Shown here: positions 1 to 9,963 of the stretch, piece by piece
Numbering within the stretch: position 1 is the stretch's first letter
How the letters are laid out: each line of letters starts with the position of its first letter
From: an uncultured Alphaproteobacteria bacterium
GTDB taxonomy: Bacteria; Pseudomonadota; Alphaproteobacteria; CAAHEQ01; UBA3637
Direction of reading: 5' to 3'
NCBI GenBank assembly: GCA_949292205.1
Contig: CASEYR010000006.1
Span: forward strand, 32,016 to 96,015
DNA length: 64,000 nt
The notes under the pieces: generated by a model
Seen by the model: the letters and a program-made list of their open reading frames with translations, nothing else
Told to the model about the DNA's origin: nothing
Databases searched by the model: none
Translations under genes and position numbers: made by a program

Positions 1-11
1 CGGAGCTGATT

Positions 12-644
12 ATGAAACAAGCGTCTAATCTAAAAGAACTGTCTTTTGTGGTGCACGGATTTTACAATGCCGAGGATTTTCAAAAAAGTCCGAATCCTAT
101 CTTGATGAATCAAGTCCATTCCGCTGATGTCTTGTTCTTGGCTGATGTCCCGCCGGCACCGCCTTCGGTTGATGCTTTGGTGACGGCAACCCCTTATCTG
201 AACTTGACCGTTAAAACGGCTGATTGTGCGCCGGTCTTGTTGGTGGATTCTTTCTCTAGAATGATCGCCGCCGTTCATGCCGGTTGGAAAGGGGCTTTCC
301 AAGGTGTCATCGAAAATACCGTCTTGACGATGATTCGTCATGGCGCCAGATTGTCCTCTATTCGCGCGGCCGTCGGACCTCATATCCAGCTGCAGAGCTT
401 TGAAATCAGTCCCGAAACAAAAGCTCTTTTCCCCGTAACGGAAAACCACTTCTTTACCGAAAATGACGGACGTATCTTTTTTGATTTTGATGCTTATGTT
501 CGCTATCGCTTGATGCGTGCCGGTGTGTCATCCATTGAATCTATTGATGATGATACTTTTACCGACCGGCACTATTTCAGTTATCGCCGGCAACCCGATA
601 ATCCCGGATGCCAATTCAGTTCCATTATGATTGAGGAGAAATAA
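12..644 (+). CDS. pgeF: PgeF/YfiH-family (DUF152) purine nucleoside phosphorylase / peptidoglycan-editing factor
   Basis: 210-aa ORF with HAGWKG and CAPV motifs typical of YfiH/PgeF/LACC1; GGAG 6 nt upstream of ATG; the reading frame is open to the window edge, so the N-terminus could extend upstream. Confidence 0.72.
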   Translation: MKQASNLKELSFVVHGFYNAEDFQKSPNPILMNQVHSADVLFLADVPPAPPSVDALVTATPYLNLTVKTADCAPVLLVDSFSRMIAAVHAGWKGAFQGVIENTVLTMIRHGARLSSIRAAVGPHIQLQSFEISPETKALFPVTENHFFTENDGRIFFDFDAYVRYRLMRAGVSSIESIDDDTFTDRHYFSYRRQPDNPGCQFSSIMIEEK

Positions 645-1561
645 TGATGTTGGACAATATTGAATTTATTATTCCTTGCGGTGGGAAAAGTACTCGGAAC
701 TATCCGCATTCAAAGAGCATTGCTCATAAATCTTTGCTTCCTTTCGGTGATGGACGTTTGATTGACTATGTGCTGCATGACATTATTAAAATGGGCGGAC
801 GACATATCACAATCGTTTGTTCTAATCAGGATACCATCGATCAATTCCGTGAGGCTTTGGCTACCGATATCGCAACGGAACAAAAATTGAGAAAAGCCGG
901 TCGTATCGCTATCGCAGATGCTTTGGCCGAAACGTTTTTGCCGTCTGATGTGGATTTGAAATTCGTTGTGCAATCGGAACCGTTGGGAACGGCTCATGTT
1001 CTGGGGTTGGCTCATCGGGTTTCTCATGAGCGTCACGGGATTATGATCTTCCCCGATGATGTCATCGTTTCAAGAGATCCTCAAAGCACTCACATCCAAC
1101 GCATGGTTGAGGCTTTCTTAAAAGATGAAAAACAAATCTTGCTGACCGGTGTCGAAAAAGAAGATGTCAGCAATAATGCCATTATTCACGAGGGACGCTT
1201 GATTGAAAAGCCAAAAGAACCGTATAATCATATCGGGGGATACTCGCCGATTATTATTCCGAAAGCGACGCTTGATTTTATTGAGCAACAAGTGGGTGTC
1301 TATGAACAAACCGGACATCTGCCCGATAATTTGCCCGGCGGGGAGTGGGTCTATACAGACGGTATCAACCAATTCTTGGATGCGGAGCCCTCTGATGCCG
1401 AATGGACGTTGGCTATGTTTATGAAAAAAGAGGGAGACTTGTTGTTGGATACCGGAACGCTGCCTCTGTATGAACAGGCTCAGCTGCGCGCTTTGTTGAA
1501 GCTGTCTCGATTTAGCTCCGATAATCGGATTGTGGCTCAGAAACTATTGGCTGAGGATTAA
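644..1561 (+). CDS. sugar-1-phosphate nucleotidylyltransferase, GalU (UDP-glucose pyrophosphorylase)-like
   Basis: N-terminal IIPCGGKSTR resembles the GalU glycine-rich loop; VEKPK motif shared with GalU; start overlaps the pgeF stop (ATGA). Confidence 0.55.
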   Translation: MMLDNIEFIIPCGGKSTRNYPHSKSIAHKSLLPFGDGRLIDYVLHDIIKMGGRHITIVCSNQDTIDQFREALATDIATEQKLRKAGRIAIADALAETFLPSDVDLKFVVQSEPLGTAHVLGLAHRVSHERHGIMIFPDDVIVSRDPQSTHIQRMVEAFLKDEKQILLTGVEKEDVSNNAIIHEGRLIEKPKEPYNHIGGYSPIIIPKATLDFIEQQVGVYEQTGHLPDNLPGGEWVYTDGINQFLDAEPSDAEWTLAMFMKKEGDLLLDTGTLPLYEQAQLRALLKLSRFSSDNRIVAQKLLAED

Positions 1562-1563
1562 AT

Positions 1564-2133
1564 ATGCGTTTTTTGGCTATCACGATTTTGTCCGTTTTCT
1601 TTTTGACCGCTTGTCAGGCGCCTGTCTTGAAACCCTTTACCGTGAAAAATTATCACGATGAAGCGCCCATCCAATTACGCGTTTCTGAAATTCAAATCGA
1701 TAATCAAATGACGGTTTATTCGGAGCTGCCGCACATCGAAAAACGAATGCCGGTTTCTCCGGCTACCGCTTTGCAGGATTGGATTCGAAATCGCTTCGTC
1801 GCCGCCAATCCTACTAGTCATGATGTCGCTCGGTTCGTCATTCGAGAAGCCTCGATGGTTCAGAAAACAAAGCCCTCCGGCAGTTGGTTTGTCCTAGATA
1901 ATACTGTCTATACATTGACTTATAAAATTGATGTGCTGTATCTGCGAAACGGGCGTCAAATCGCTTCGCAAAGCGTTGCCGGTTGGGAAAAACAAGGCTT
2001 GCCGAAAAAAAGCTCTTCTCTGGCCGAAAAAGAGGCTGTCTGGCAAAAAATGCTAAACACAATGATTCAAAAAACAAATGATAAAATTATCTCTGACTTG
2101 CCCCATGAGATTTGTTTGAACGAATGTCCTTAA
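1564..2133 (+). CDS. hypothetical lipoprotein
   Basis: Signal peptide ending in lipobox LTAC; no recognisable catalytic motif. Confidence 0.5.
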   Translation: MRFLAITILSVFFLTACQAPVLKPFTVKNYHDEAPIQLRVSEIQIDNQMTVYSELPHIEKRMPVSPATALQDWIRNRFVAANPTSHDVARFVIREASMVQKTKPSGSWFVLDNTVYTLTYKIDVLYLRNGRQIASQSVAGWEKQGLPKKSSSLAEKEAVWQKMLNTMIQKTNDKIISDLPHEICLNECP

Positions 2134-4115
2134 TTTCCCCTGCTTTTTATAACTTACTGCAAACAGAATATAAAAATATATCCGTCTTTTATATCGTCGC
2201 TTTTATCGCCGGTATCTTGTGTTGGTTGGACGGCTTTCATCCTTCGGGATTCTTGTGGGGCTTTTTGATTGCTCTGCCGTTTGTCTTATTGCTCCTAAAC
2301 AGAAAACGGTATCGTTGGCCGCATGTTCTGGCTTTTATGACTCTCTTTTTCGGTATCGGTTGTTTCGCAACAGCTTTTCGTGCCGAATCCGTTCAGGCGC
2401 CGACAATACCGAAACCGATGTATCATGTGGTGCTGACGGGAACGATTTCCGATGCCTCGGTTTTGATGGACTCGCAGAAAGTCATTGTGACGGATGTCCG
2501 TTTCCTGAATGAACCCGCTGTGATGCCGCCGACAAAAATAAAATTGACTTTTCATCAAACGGAGCCTCGCTTGACGGTTGGACAAACAGTGCAGGCTGAA
2601 GTTTTCTTGCGGCCTCCCGGAAGACCGGTGGCCCCCGGAGCTTATAACGAAGCCAGAGCGTTATGGTTTCAACAAATCGGTGCCGTCGGAACAATCAACA
2701 AAGTCATTCATCTATCAGAGGCACCGCACGTATCTGCTATTAAAAAATATATTGAGCGGATTCGAACCGTTATCAGTCTGCGTATTCAAAAGGCAATGCC
2801 GGTTGAACCGGCCCGAATTGCTATCCCGTTGGTTATCGGAGAGCAGGGCGTTGTTTCACAACACTTGTATGATATTTTTCGGAGTGCCGGTATCACCCAT
2901 GTTCTATCTGTTTCGGGTTTCCATTTGAGCTTGTTGGCGGCTCTGGTCTTTTTTCTGATACGCGGCGGATTGTCCTTTTTTCCGAGCATTGTTGAACGCA
3001 TCTCGACCAAAAAAGTGGCGGCTTTTACGGCGCTGGTTTTCTCGGTGGTCTATATCGCTATTTCGGGACTTCAGATTCCGGCTATCCGATCCTTGATTAT
3101 GATTGCCGTCGTCTTAATCGCGATGCTCTTTGACAGAAATGCTTTCTCGGTTCGATCTCTATCAATCGCGGCCTTCTTAATCTTAATCGTTCGTCCCGAA
3201 ATGGTATTAAATATCGGATTTCAACTTTCTTTTATGGCCGTTCTCATCCTTGTTACTTTGTATGATCCTTTGGTGCACTTGATTTTTCCGAGTCGCCCCG
3301 TTCATTTGCTGCTTCGTTTCGGTGCCGTTATCTTGAGTTTTATCATTGTTGATATTTTGACGGCTTTGGCTACAACTCCCTTTATTATTTATCACTTTAA
3401 TCAATATGCTCTTTACAGCGGTGTCGGTAACTTGTTAACCGGAACTATTTTATCCTTTTGGGTGATGCCGATGTTGTTGTTTGCGACTTTGTGTATGCCT
3501 TTCGGCGGGGAGGTGCTTTTCTTAAAAGGGGCTGCTTTGGGATTAGAATATGTCGTGGTTGTGTGTGAGGCAATCCAAAATTGGCCGTTGGCTTTGACGA
3601 CATTCCCCTCCTACGGCGTGGCCGCTTTGTTGACAATGACTTTCGGTGTTATTTGTTTATGCTTGATGCGGACGCGGTTGCGTTTCGTCGGATTTGGGGT
3701 GATTTCTCTTGGGGTAATCTTGGCTATTCTGACGCCTCGTCCTGATTTGTTGGTCGGTGATAAGGGCTTTTCCGTTGCCGAGCGGACAGCTGACGGCAAG
3801 TTGCACTTTTTAACGACCGGAGAGTCGGATTATGTTCGGCAGGCTTGGTTGTTGCGAAATGGAGAAAATCCTTTGGATAATAATGTGGCTTATCGGCAAA
3901 AATTGCCCTCGGCTATTTGGATGAAGCATCAGAAAATTGCTTTCTCGGCAAAAGAATGCTTGGATGCCGATCTGTGCTTTCTCCCCGAGCCTAACCCCAC
4001 GATGCCAAATGCTTTGCCCTTATACGAGTTTAATACGCGCGCCGTCTATATAACGCCCCTTGGCATCATCGTTCGTCGCGCCGAAGAGAGTGATGTCGGA
4101 AAGCCTTGGTTCTGA
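2112..4115 (+). CDS. comEC: ComEC/Rec2-family DNA internalisation channel protein (no metallo-beta-lactamase domain)
   Basis: 667 aa, polytopic; competence-domain signature ITHVLSVSGFHLSLLAALVFF. Confidence 0.8.
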   Translation: MFERMSLISPAFYNLLQTEYKNISVFYIVAFIAGILCWLDGFHPSGFLWGFLIALPFVLLLLNRKRYRWPHVLAFMTLFFGIGCFATAFRAESVQAPTIPKPMYHVVLTGTISDASVLMDSQKVIVTDVRFLNEPAVMPPTKIKLTFHQTEPRLTVGQTVQAEVFLRPPGRPVAPGAYNEARALWFQQIGAVGTINKVIHLSEAPHVSAIKKYIERIRTVISLRIQKAMPVEPARIAIPLVIGEQGVVSQHLYDIFRSAGITHVLSVSGFHLSLLAALVFFLIRGGLSFFPSIVERISTKKVAAFTALVFSVVYIAISGLQIPAIRSLIMIAVVLIAMLFDRNAFSVRSLSIAAFLILIVRPEMVLNIGFQLSFMAVLILVTLYDPLVHLIFPSRPVHLLLRFGAVILSFIIVDILTALATTPFIIYHFNQYALYSGVGNLLTGTILSFWVMPMLLFATLCMPFGGEVLFLKGAALGLEYVVVVCEAIQNWPLALTTFPSYGVAALLTMTFGVICLCLMRTRLRFVGFGVISLGVILAILTPRPDLLVGDKGFSVAERTADGKLHFLTTGESDYVRQAWLLRNGENPLDNNVAYRQKLPSAIWMKHQKIAFSAKECLDADLCFLPEPNPTMPNALPLYEFNTRAVYITPLGIIVRRAEESDVGKPWF

Positions 4116-4150
4116 TTTTTATCTTGATTTTTAATCTAAAAAAAAGTAGA

Positions 4151-4459
4151 ATGCGCTTCATGATGAAATATATGCCTCTCTTATTTTTATGTCTGACCGT
4201 GTCTGCTTGCTCGTCCGTTCCCGTTCCGAGTGAGGCTCCGGCTTCTCGAGAAAAAGTAACCGCTTTTTTGGCGGATAAGTCTCAGATCCAAATTGAACGA
4301 ATGTTGGGCGAGCCGGCTGTTGTCAGAACCGAATCACCCTATCAGCTATGGGCTTATCAAACAAATAATTGTTCGACCCTGATTTATTTTGATCAGTCCG
4401 GACAATCTCAATATGTTGATGTGCGTGGACCATGTTCGAAAACCGTGGCTAGCCGATGA
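4151..4459 (+). CDS. small outer-membrane lipoprotein, BamE/SmpA-OmlA-like
   Basis: Start taken at MRFMMKYM inside the longer ORF; lipobox LTVSAC; IERMLGEP...WAY pattern resembles the SmpA_OmlA fold. Confidence 0.45.
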   Translation: MRFMMKYMPLLFLCLTVSACSSVPVPSEAPASREKVTAFLADKSQIQIERMLGEPAVVRTESPYQLWAYQTNNCSTLIYFDQSGQSQYVDVRGPCSKTVASR

Positions 4460-4477
4460 AATGAAAGGATTTAAGTT

Positions 4478-5842
4478 ATGAAAACAACACCGAGGACTCT
4501 GTCCGGCTTTATGGAGCTTTTGCCGGCAGAACAGTTGGTCTTTAATCAGATACTTGATGTTATTCGCGATTCGTTCGAATCGTATGGCTTCGTCCCATTG
4601 GATACTCCCGTCCTGGAGTATGCCGATGTTTTGTTGGCTAAGGCCGGTGGTGAAACCGAAAAGCAAATCTATCGCTTTCAAAAGGGTGATTCCGATTTGT
4701 GTATGCGCTTTGATTTGACGGTGCCTTTGTCGCGCTATGTCGCTCAACATCAAAACGATATTACTTTCCCGTTTCGGCGCTATCAAATCGCAAAGTCTTA
4801 TCGAGGAGAGAGACCTCAGAAAGGACGCTTCCGTGAGTTTTATCAGGCTGATATTGACATCATCGGCAATGAACGGCTATCAATTATTCACGATGCCGAA
4901 GTTCCCGCTATCATGTATGGTATATTACGGCGCTTGGGACTGAATCGTTTCCGAATCAAAATGAATAACCGAAAATTGTTAAACGGATTTTATCAGCCCT
5001 TAGGACTGACCAAAAAGGCTACCGATATCTTACGCATTATTGACAAGTTTGATAAAATCGGAGTTGATGCCGTTCAGGATTGCTTGGTGGATTTGAGCCT
5101 GTCCGATGATCAAATACAATCAGTATTGTCTTTTGTTCAAACATCGGGAACGACGGATCAGGTATTATCTTATTTAAAGGGCCTGAACATCCAAAACGAA
5201 TCGTTTCAAACCGCTATTTCTGAATTGGAAACGGTTGCAAATGCATTAAAAACGCTGGGTGTTCCCGAAACGCACTATCAAATTGATTTAAAAATTACAC
5301 GCGGTCTGGATTATTATACCGGAACGGTTTATGAAACGTATGTTGAGGGTCATCCCAATTGGGGTGCTATTTGCTCTGGCGGACGCTACGATAATTTGGC
5401 CGAAAATTACACCGATCGTAAAATGCCGGGGATTGGTATGAGCTTGGGTGTGACACGCTTCTTTGATCTATTGAGAGGTGAAGGACTTTTGAATTTTGGT
5501 AAAATGACTTCTGCCGAAGTTCTGGTGTTGCCGATGGATGAGGATATGTCCTATGCTTGTCAAGTTGCAACCGTATTGCGACAAGGGGGTATTAAAACGG
5601 AGTTATACGGGGCAACGACTAAATTTAAAAATAAAATGAACTACGCCAATAAAATCGGCGTTCCTTTCGTTGCCATTATCGGAGAAGATGAGCGACAAAA
5701 TAATCTTGTTTCTTTGAAGGATATGGTTTCCGGAAATCAAACAAGTATTCCACTGTCCGATGTGGTCAAGTTTGTTTTTCAAAAACGATCCGAACAGCCG
5801 GAGCAACCGATTATTTTGGAAGTATCTCGTACTTCTAAATAG
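4478..5842 (+). CDS. hisS: histidine--tRNA ligase (class II, type-2 HisRS)
   Basis: 454 aa; class II motif 2 region FRRYQIAKSYRGERPQKGRFREFYQADIDIIG; C-terminal anticodon-binding domain present, so not HisZ; SD AAAGGA upstream. Confidence 0.78.
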   Translation: MKTTPRTLSGFMELLPAEQLVFNQILDVIRDSFESYGFVPLDTPVLEYADVLLAKAGGETEKQIYRFQKGDSDLCMRFDLTVPLSRYVAQHQNDITFPFRRYQIAKSYRGERPQKGRFREFYQADIDIIGNERLSIIHDAEVPAIMYGILRRLGLNRFRIKMNNRKLLNGFYQPLGLTKKATDILRIIDKFDKIGVDAVQDCLVDLSLSDDQIQSVLSFVQTSGTTDQVLSYLKGLNIQNESFQTAISELETVANALKTLGVPETHYQIDLKITRGLDYYTGTVYETYVEGHPNWGAICSGGRYDNLAENYTDRKMPGIGMSLGVTRFFDLLRGEGLLNFGKMTSAEVLVLPMDEDMSYACQVATVLRQGGIKTELYGATTKFKNKMNYANKIGVPFVAIIGEDERQNNLVSLKDMVSGNQTSIPLSDVVKFVFQKRSEQPEQPIILEVSRTSK

Positions 5843-5854
5843 TCGGATGGTGAA

Positions 5855-5896
5855 TCAAAAAAATCCCTTTATCGTATAGGATAAAGGGATTTTTTG
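5855..5896. terminator. bidirectional rho-independent terminator between convergent hisS and the antiporter gene
   Basis: ATCCCTTTATC-gtatag-GATAAAGGGAT stem-loop flanked by an A-run on one side and a T-run on the other. Confidence 0.6.
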
Positions 5897-5908
5897 CTAC
5901 AGATGCCG

Positions 5909-7372
5909 TTAGATGTGGATGAGTCCGCGTGCAAAAGCGTAAATGGCAATTAAGGCAACGGCCACAATTGCAACGGCTAAAGCTTTTTCCGGTTCGGAAA
6001 ATAACGGCTCTTTAGAGGGGGTATCTTGTCTTGCCCAAATATAAAACGGGATACCTATTGCGATAAAGATAGCGGCCATCAGTAAGTAGCTGAAGCCGGC
6101 TGCATACAGCAACCAAATCGCATAAACCGTTCCTAATATTCCGGTTGTTAACGCTGTAAAGCGACTGACGCCGGTTGTTTTGGGTAATTCATTATCCTCG
6201 CATAATTTCCACAAAAATAAGCAGGACATCAGATAGGCCGGTAAGACCATAACTCCGGTAATCGATAACATGGTGTTCCACGCATTATTCGCAAAATAAA
6301 CCAAAATCATAGCCGCTTGCATTAAACCACTGGTAATCCAAAGAGATATATTGGGCGAGCCTGCTTTATTTTCGTATCCGAAAATTTTTGGAAATGTCCC
6401 ATTCTTGGCCATTGCATAGGGCATCTCTGCAACAATCATTGTCCAGGATAGCCAGCTGGCTAAAATGGCAATAACAACGCCGATGTTCATCAACCAAGAG
6501 CCCCAGGGACCAACAACAAGCTCTAAAACACCTGCTGTTGACGGATTGGCTACCGCTGCCATTTGAACACGTGTCATAAATCCAAAGGGCAATACAGATA
6601 GCAAAACATAAATGGCTAAACACCCTAAATAACCAATTAAAGTGGCTCGCCCAACATAGGATTGTTTTTCGGCGCGTCCCGATAAAACAACGGCTCCTTC
6701 AATACCAATGAACGCCCACAGTGTAACCAGCATCGTGTTTTTAACTTGGCTTCCTAAATCTCCTAATTTGTCGGTCGACAGCTTACCCCAGAAATCAAAA
6801 TCAAATTTATCCATATTGAAAACGGCTGTCATAATGATGATAAAGAGGAGTAGAGGAACGATTTTTGCAATTGTGACCACGAGGTTTATCATGGTCGCTT
6901 GCTTAACGCCTCTTAACACTAAGAAGTTAAAAAACCAAATTAAAAATGATCCGCCGATGACGGAATATAGATTGTTTCCTCCGGTAAAAACGCCGGGGAA
7001 GAAATAGTCCAGAGCATCCATTGTGATGACTGCGTAGCCGACGTTTCCGAAAATTTGACACAGCCAATAACTCCAACCGATATTAAATCCCATGTAGGGT
7101 CCGAATCCCGAACGTGCATACATATAAATACCCGATGTTAAATCGGGGCGTGCATCTGATAAAATCCGAAATGTGTTTGCTATAAAATACATCCCAAAGC
7201 CCGTTACTAACCAAGCTAGGATGACGGCTCCGACCGCTGCACTTTGTGCCATGTTTTGCGGAAGTGAAAAAATACCGCCACCGATCATGGAACTGACGAC
7301 GATACCGGCTAAACCGAAAATGCCTAATTTACCCGCAGGGCTCATTCCTTGTTGCTTATTTTTTTGAACCAT
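5909..7372 (-). CDS. APC-family basic amino acid antiporter (arginine:agmatine or arginine:ornithine exchanger, AaxC/ArcD/AdiC-like)
   Basis: 487 aa, about 12 TM segments; N-terminal GLAGIVVSSMIGGGIFSLPQNMA... closely resembles ArcD/AdiC-type exchangers; lies immediately downstream of the pyruvoyl ArgDC gene on the same strand. Confidence 0.72.
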   Translation of the reverse strand: MVQKNKQQGMSPAGKLGIFGLAGIVVSSMIGGGIFSLPQNMAQSAAVGAVILAWLVTGFGMYFIANTFRILSDARPDLTSGIYMYARSGFGPYMGFNIGWSYWLCQIFGNVGYAVITMDALDYFFPGVFTGGNNLYSVIGGSFLIWFFNFLVLRGVKQATMINLVVTIAKIVPLLLFIIIMTAVFNMDKFDFDFWGKLSTDKLGDLGSQVKNTMLVTLWAFIGIEGAVVLSGRAEKQSYVGRATLIGYLGCLAIYVLLSVLPFGFMTRVQMAAVANPSTAGVLELVVGPWGSWLMNIGVVIAILASWLSWTMIVAEMPYAMAKNGTFPKIFGYENKAGSPNISLWITSGLMQAAMILVYFANNAWNTMLSITGVMVLPAYLMSCLFLWKLCEDNELPKTTGVSRFTALTTGILGTVYAIWLLYAAGFSYLLMAAIFIAIGIPFYIWARQDTPSKEPLFSEPEKALAVAIVAVALIAIYAFARGLIHI

Positions 7373-7443
7373 TTTATCCTCCTTTTGACAAAGGGGCGGT
7401 TCTTGACTGTTACGCCTTGAACCGCCCGATTATCAATTGAACT

Positions 7444-8028
7444 TTACTTTTTCAACTCGACGGCCGGTGCGTTTTCAAAATTCAGAAATCCTAATGCCGT
7501 TAAAGAATATCCAAATGCTTGCTCTATATTGACAAAGTTATGGAAAAATTGAAAATCACTATGTTGTTCCATACCGCGAAGCTCTAACTCATGCTTCAAT
7601 GATTTTGTTAACCACATCTCGGCATGTGCTTTCGCAATGTCGTCATCAATAAACGTGTCAAAGTATTCAACATATTCGGCTGCCCAACCGCCGACAAATT
7701 GATCGTCTTTTTTACCCCAGACAATCCCGACACCTGTTGCAATTGCTTTGTGATCTTCACGACGGGCTCCGTTTCCGGCAATAATGACCTCTAATACGGC
7801 TCCGTGCTTAAATGTGTGGGCAACTTGATCAACGGGTACAATGTTTCCAAATAGTTCCGGCGGTAATACCGATGTGTATGGAACGACATTGAAGTCTTGA
7901 ATCTTGGCGGCGGTTAATGCCGAATCATAACAAAATGTTTCAAACGGTTGCGGCGGAATGCCGTCTTCTGCTTGACCGGCTCCGCCGGTGTGAAAAGCAA
8001 GTGTTGGATATCTTGTTCCATATGCCAT
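7444..8028 (-). CDS. pdaD: pyruvoyl-dependent arginine decarboxylase (PvlArgDC family; AaxB/PdaD-like)
   Basis: 194 aa; [12 protein letters not shown] aligns with the self-cleavage region N-x-I-R-I-S|S-I-M-P-P-E of archaeal PdaD and chlamydial AaxB (Ser gives the pyruvoyl group); AAGGAG SD. Confidence 0.72.
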   Translation of the reverse strand: MAYGTRYPTLAFHTGGAGQAEDGIPPQPFETFCYDSALTAAKIQDFNVVPYTSVLPPELFGNIVPVDQVAHTFKHGAVLEVIIAGNGARREDHKAIATGVGIVWGKKDDQFVGGWAAEYVEYFDTFIDDDIAKAHAEMWLTKSLKHELELRGMEQHSDFQFFHNFVNIEQAFGYSLTALGFLNFENAPAVELKK

Positions 8029-8058
8029 TTTTTTTCTCCTTATGTCTTATTAATTGCT

Positions 8059-8070
8059 TGATTGCAATCA
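8059..8070. promoter_or_regulatory. 12-bp perfect palindrome TGATTGCAATCA abutting a TATAAT on the pdaD side of the divergent intergenic region
   Basis: Exact palindrome seen in sequence; candidate operator; the binding factor is unknown. Confidence 0.3.
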
Positions 8071-8182
8071 TTATAAAAAATAGGTTTTTTTATAATTCCT
8101 CGTCAACCTGACCAAAAGTCGGATGGACAGCCATTTTTTTAATCCCATATGACTTTTGTAACTTTTTACAAAGGAGAAAAAT

Positions 8183-8524
8183 ATGAAAAAACTGTTAATC
8201 GCCGGCGTCGCCGCTCTTGTTTTGGTCGGAACTGCTTCTGCTCGTGCAGAAACAATTCAGGGGAAAGTTTTATCAACTAAAGGAAATATGGTTACCATTC
8301 AACAAAAAGATGGTACGATCAAGTCTTTGACGATGACCGATAATACGACTTATCGTAAAAAGAAAATGATGAAAAAAAATAAAATGAAACATGGCCACTT
8401 GAAAGAAAAAGGGAAAACATATTATGAACCAATGATGGAGGAAGATGATTGGATTGAAATCGTTTATACTCCGACTTCCGATACTGAAATGGTCGCCGAA
8501 GATGTAACTGTCTATGATGATTAA
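8183..8524 (+). CDS. small secreted Lys-rich/acidic hypothetical protein
   Basis: AGGAGA SD; Sec signal MKKLLIAGVAALVLVGTASARA; KKKMMKKNKMKHGHLKEKGK tract followed by an acidic tail. Confidence 0.5.
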   Translation: MKKLLIAGVAALVLVGTASARAETIQGKVLSTKGNMVTIQQKDGTIKSLTMTDNTTYRKKKMMKKNKMKHGHLKEKGKTYYEPMMEEDDWIEIVYTPTSDTEMVAEDVTVYDD

Positions 8525-8546
8525 AGATGTTATCACTTTTTATTTG

Positions 8547-8572
8547 AGGCTTCCGTTCGGAAGCCTTTTTTA
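8547..8572 (+). terminator. rho-independent terminator
   Basis: AGGCTTC-cgttcg-GAAGCCT followed by TTTTTT. Confidence 0.55.
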
Positions 8573-8663
8573 TGTCGCTTGAACGGGAGTTGTGTGTAAA
8601 AAAAAGATGACTTCTTGATTTGGGCATGCTATAATGTCGCCAAATAAGAAAAGGCTTTTCATG

Positions 8664-9761
8664 AATTTGATTTTATTTCGCTATATTTTAAAGCAGTTTG
8701 CTCTGATCTTTTTCGCAACCCTCTTTATCTTGACGGCTGTTATTATGCTGTTCGATGTTATTGAACTGCTGCGAGAGGCTTCAAAACATGAAGGCGTCGC
8801 TTTCTTTGATGTCGGGGTTTTGGCTCTGCTGAAATCTCCTCAGATGATTCATATCATCTTGCCTTTTGTTACCTTAATTGCCGGTCTTGTCTTTCTGTTT
8901 AAATTTAGTCGATCCTCGGAGTTAATCGTTATGCGCGCCGTGGGGCTTTCCGTCTGGAACTTTATCCTGCCCTTGATTATGTTTATCACGATTGTCGGCG
9001 TTTTTGATGTGACCGTTTTTAATCCGATTGCCGCTTTGACAGCTAAACGATTCGAACGTTTGGAAGAACGTTTGGGTATGACGCGTTCAACCCCGTTTTC
9101 CTGGTCCGAAGAGGGGTTCTGGTTGCGGGATATTCGCCCGAAAGAAGTCTTGGTTATCAGAGCGTCCCGCGTGCGTCAGGATAAACAAGATGTTTTGTTG
9201 GATAATGTGTCCGTTTTTGAACTGGATAATCAGGATAACTTTAAACGTCAGAGTGAGGCTGAATTGGGGACTCTTCAGGGCGGAATGCTGACCTTGAATA
9301 ATGCTTTCGTCATCGATTCAGAGTCCGAAACCGGACGAACCGTCGGGCGGTTGTTATTTAATACCGGTCTTAACCTAGATCGTATCTTGGAAAAATTTGA
9401 TGAACCTCAGACTATGTCCTTCTGGAGATTTCCTTATTTTATCCGCTTTTTAAAAGAGTCCGGTTTCGCTTCACAGGCTCATGAAATGTATTGGCATGAA
9501 CTTATCGCTTTTCCGGCAACTCTGGTGGCGATGATTCTAATCAGTACCGTGTTCGCTCTGCCGCCGACAAGTCGGCAGGGAAAGGTCTTGCTACGTGTCT
9601 TGTTGGCTATTCTGTCCGGCTTTACACTCTACTTCTTATCTCGCGTGACCAATGTCTTGGGGCAGTCCGGAAGTTTGCCGATGTTTCTGGCCGCTTGGGG
9701 CCCCGCTTTAATCGTTATCCCCTTGTGTTTGTCCGCTTTATTACATTTGGAGGATGGTTAA
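8664..9761 (+). CDS. LptF/LptG-family LPS export permease (YjgP/YjgQ)
   Basis: MNLILFRYILKQF... six-TM permease with periplasmic beta-jellyroll insert; start chosen at the Met preceded by AAGAAAAGG rather than ORF-track 8634. Confidence 0.72.
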   Translation, partial: NLILFRYILKQFALIFFATLFILTAVIMLFDVIELLREASKHEGVAFFDVGVLALLKSPQMIHIILPFVTLIAGLVFLFKFSRSSELIVMRAVGLSVWNFILPLIMFITIVGVFDVTVFNPIAALTAKRFERLEERLGMTRSTPFSWSEEGFWLRDIRPKEVLVIRASRVRQDKQDVLLDNVSVFELDNQDNFKRQSEAELGTLQGGMLTLNNAFVIDSESETGRTVGRLLFNTGLNLDRILEKFDEPQTMSFWRFPYFIRFLKESGFASQAHEMYWHELIAFPATLVAMILISTVFALPPTSRQGKVLLRVLLAILSGFTLYFLSRVTNVLGQSGSLPMFLAAWGPALIVIPLCLSALLHLEDG

Positions 9762-9963
9762 TCATCCCCCCTTTAATGAAAAGAAAAACACTCGGGCTTC
9801 TCCCCCGAGTGTTTCTTTCAGAACTATTTCTTCTTCGTTCCGCATCCGCAACCGTCCATCATGATATCCCTCCTTTCGTTCCATCAATTTGTTGTGTTAC
9901 ATATTTCAACTAATAAGACGTTTCTTGCTTGTCAAGAGACTCTCTTTTTGTTATGATGATATT

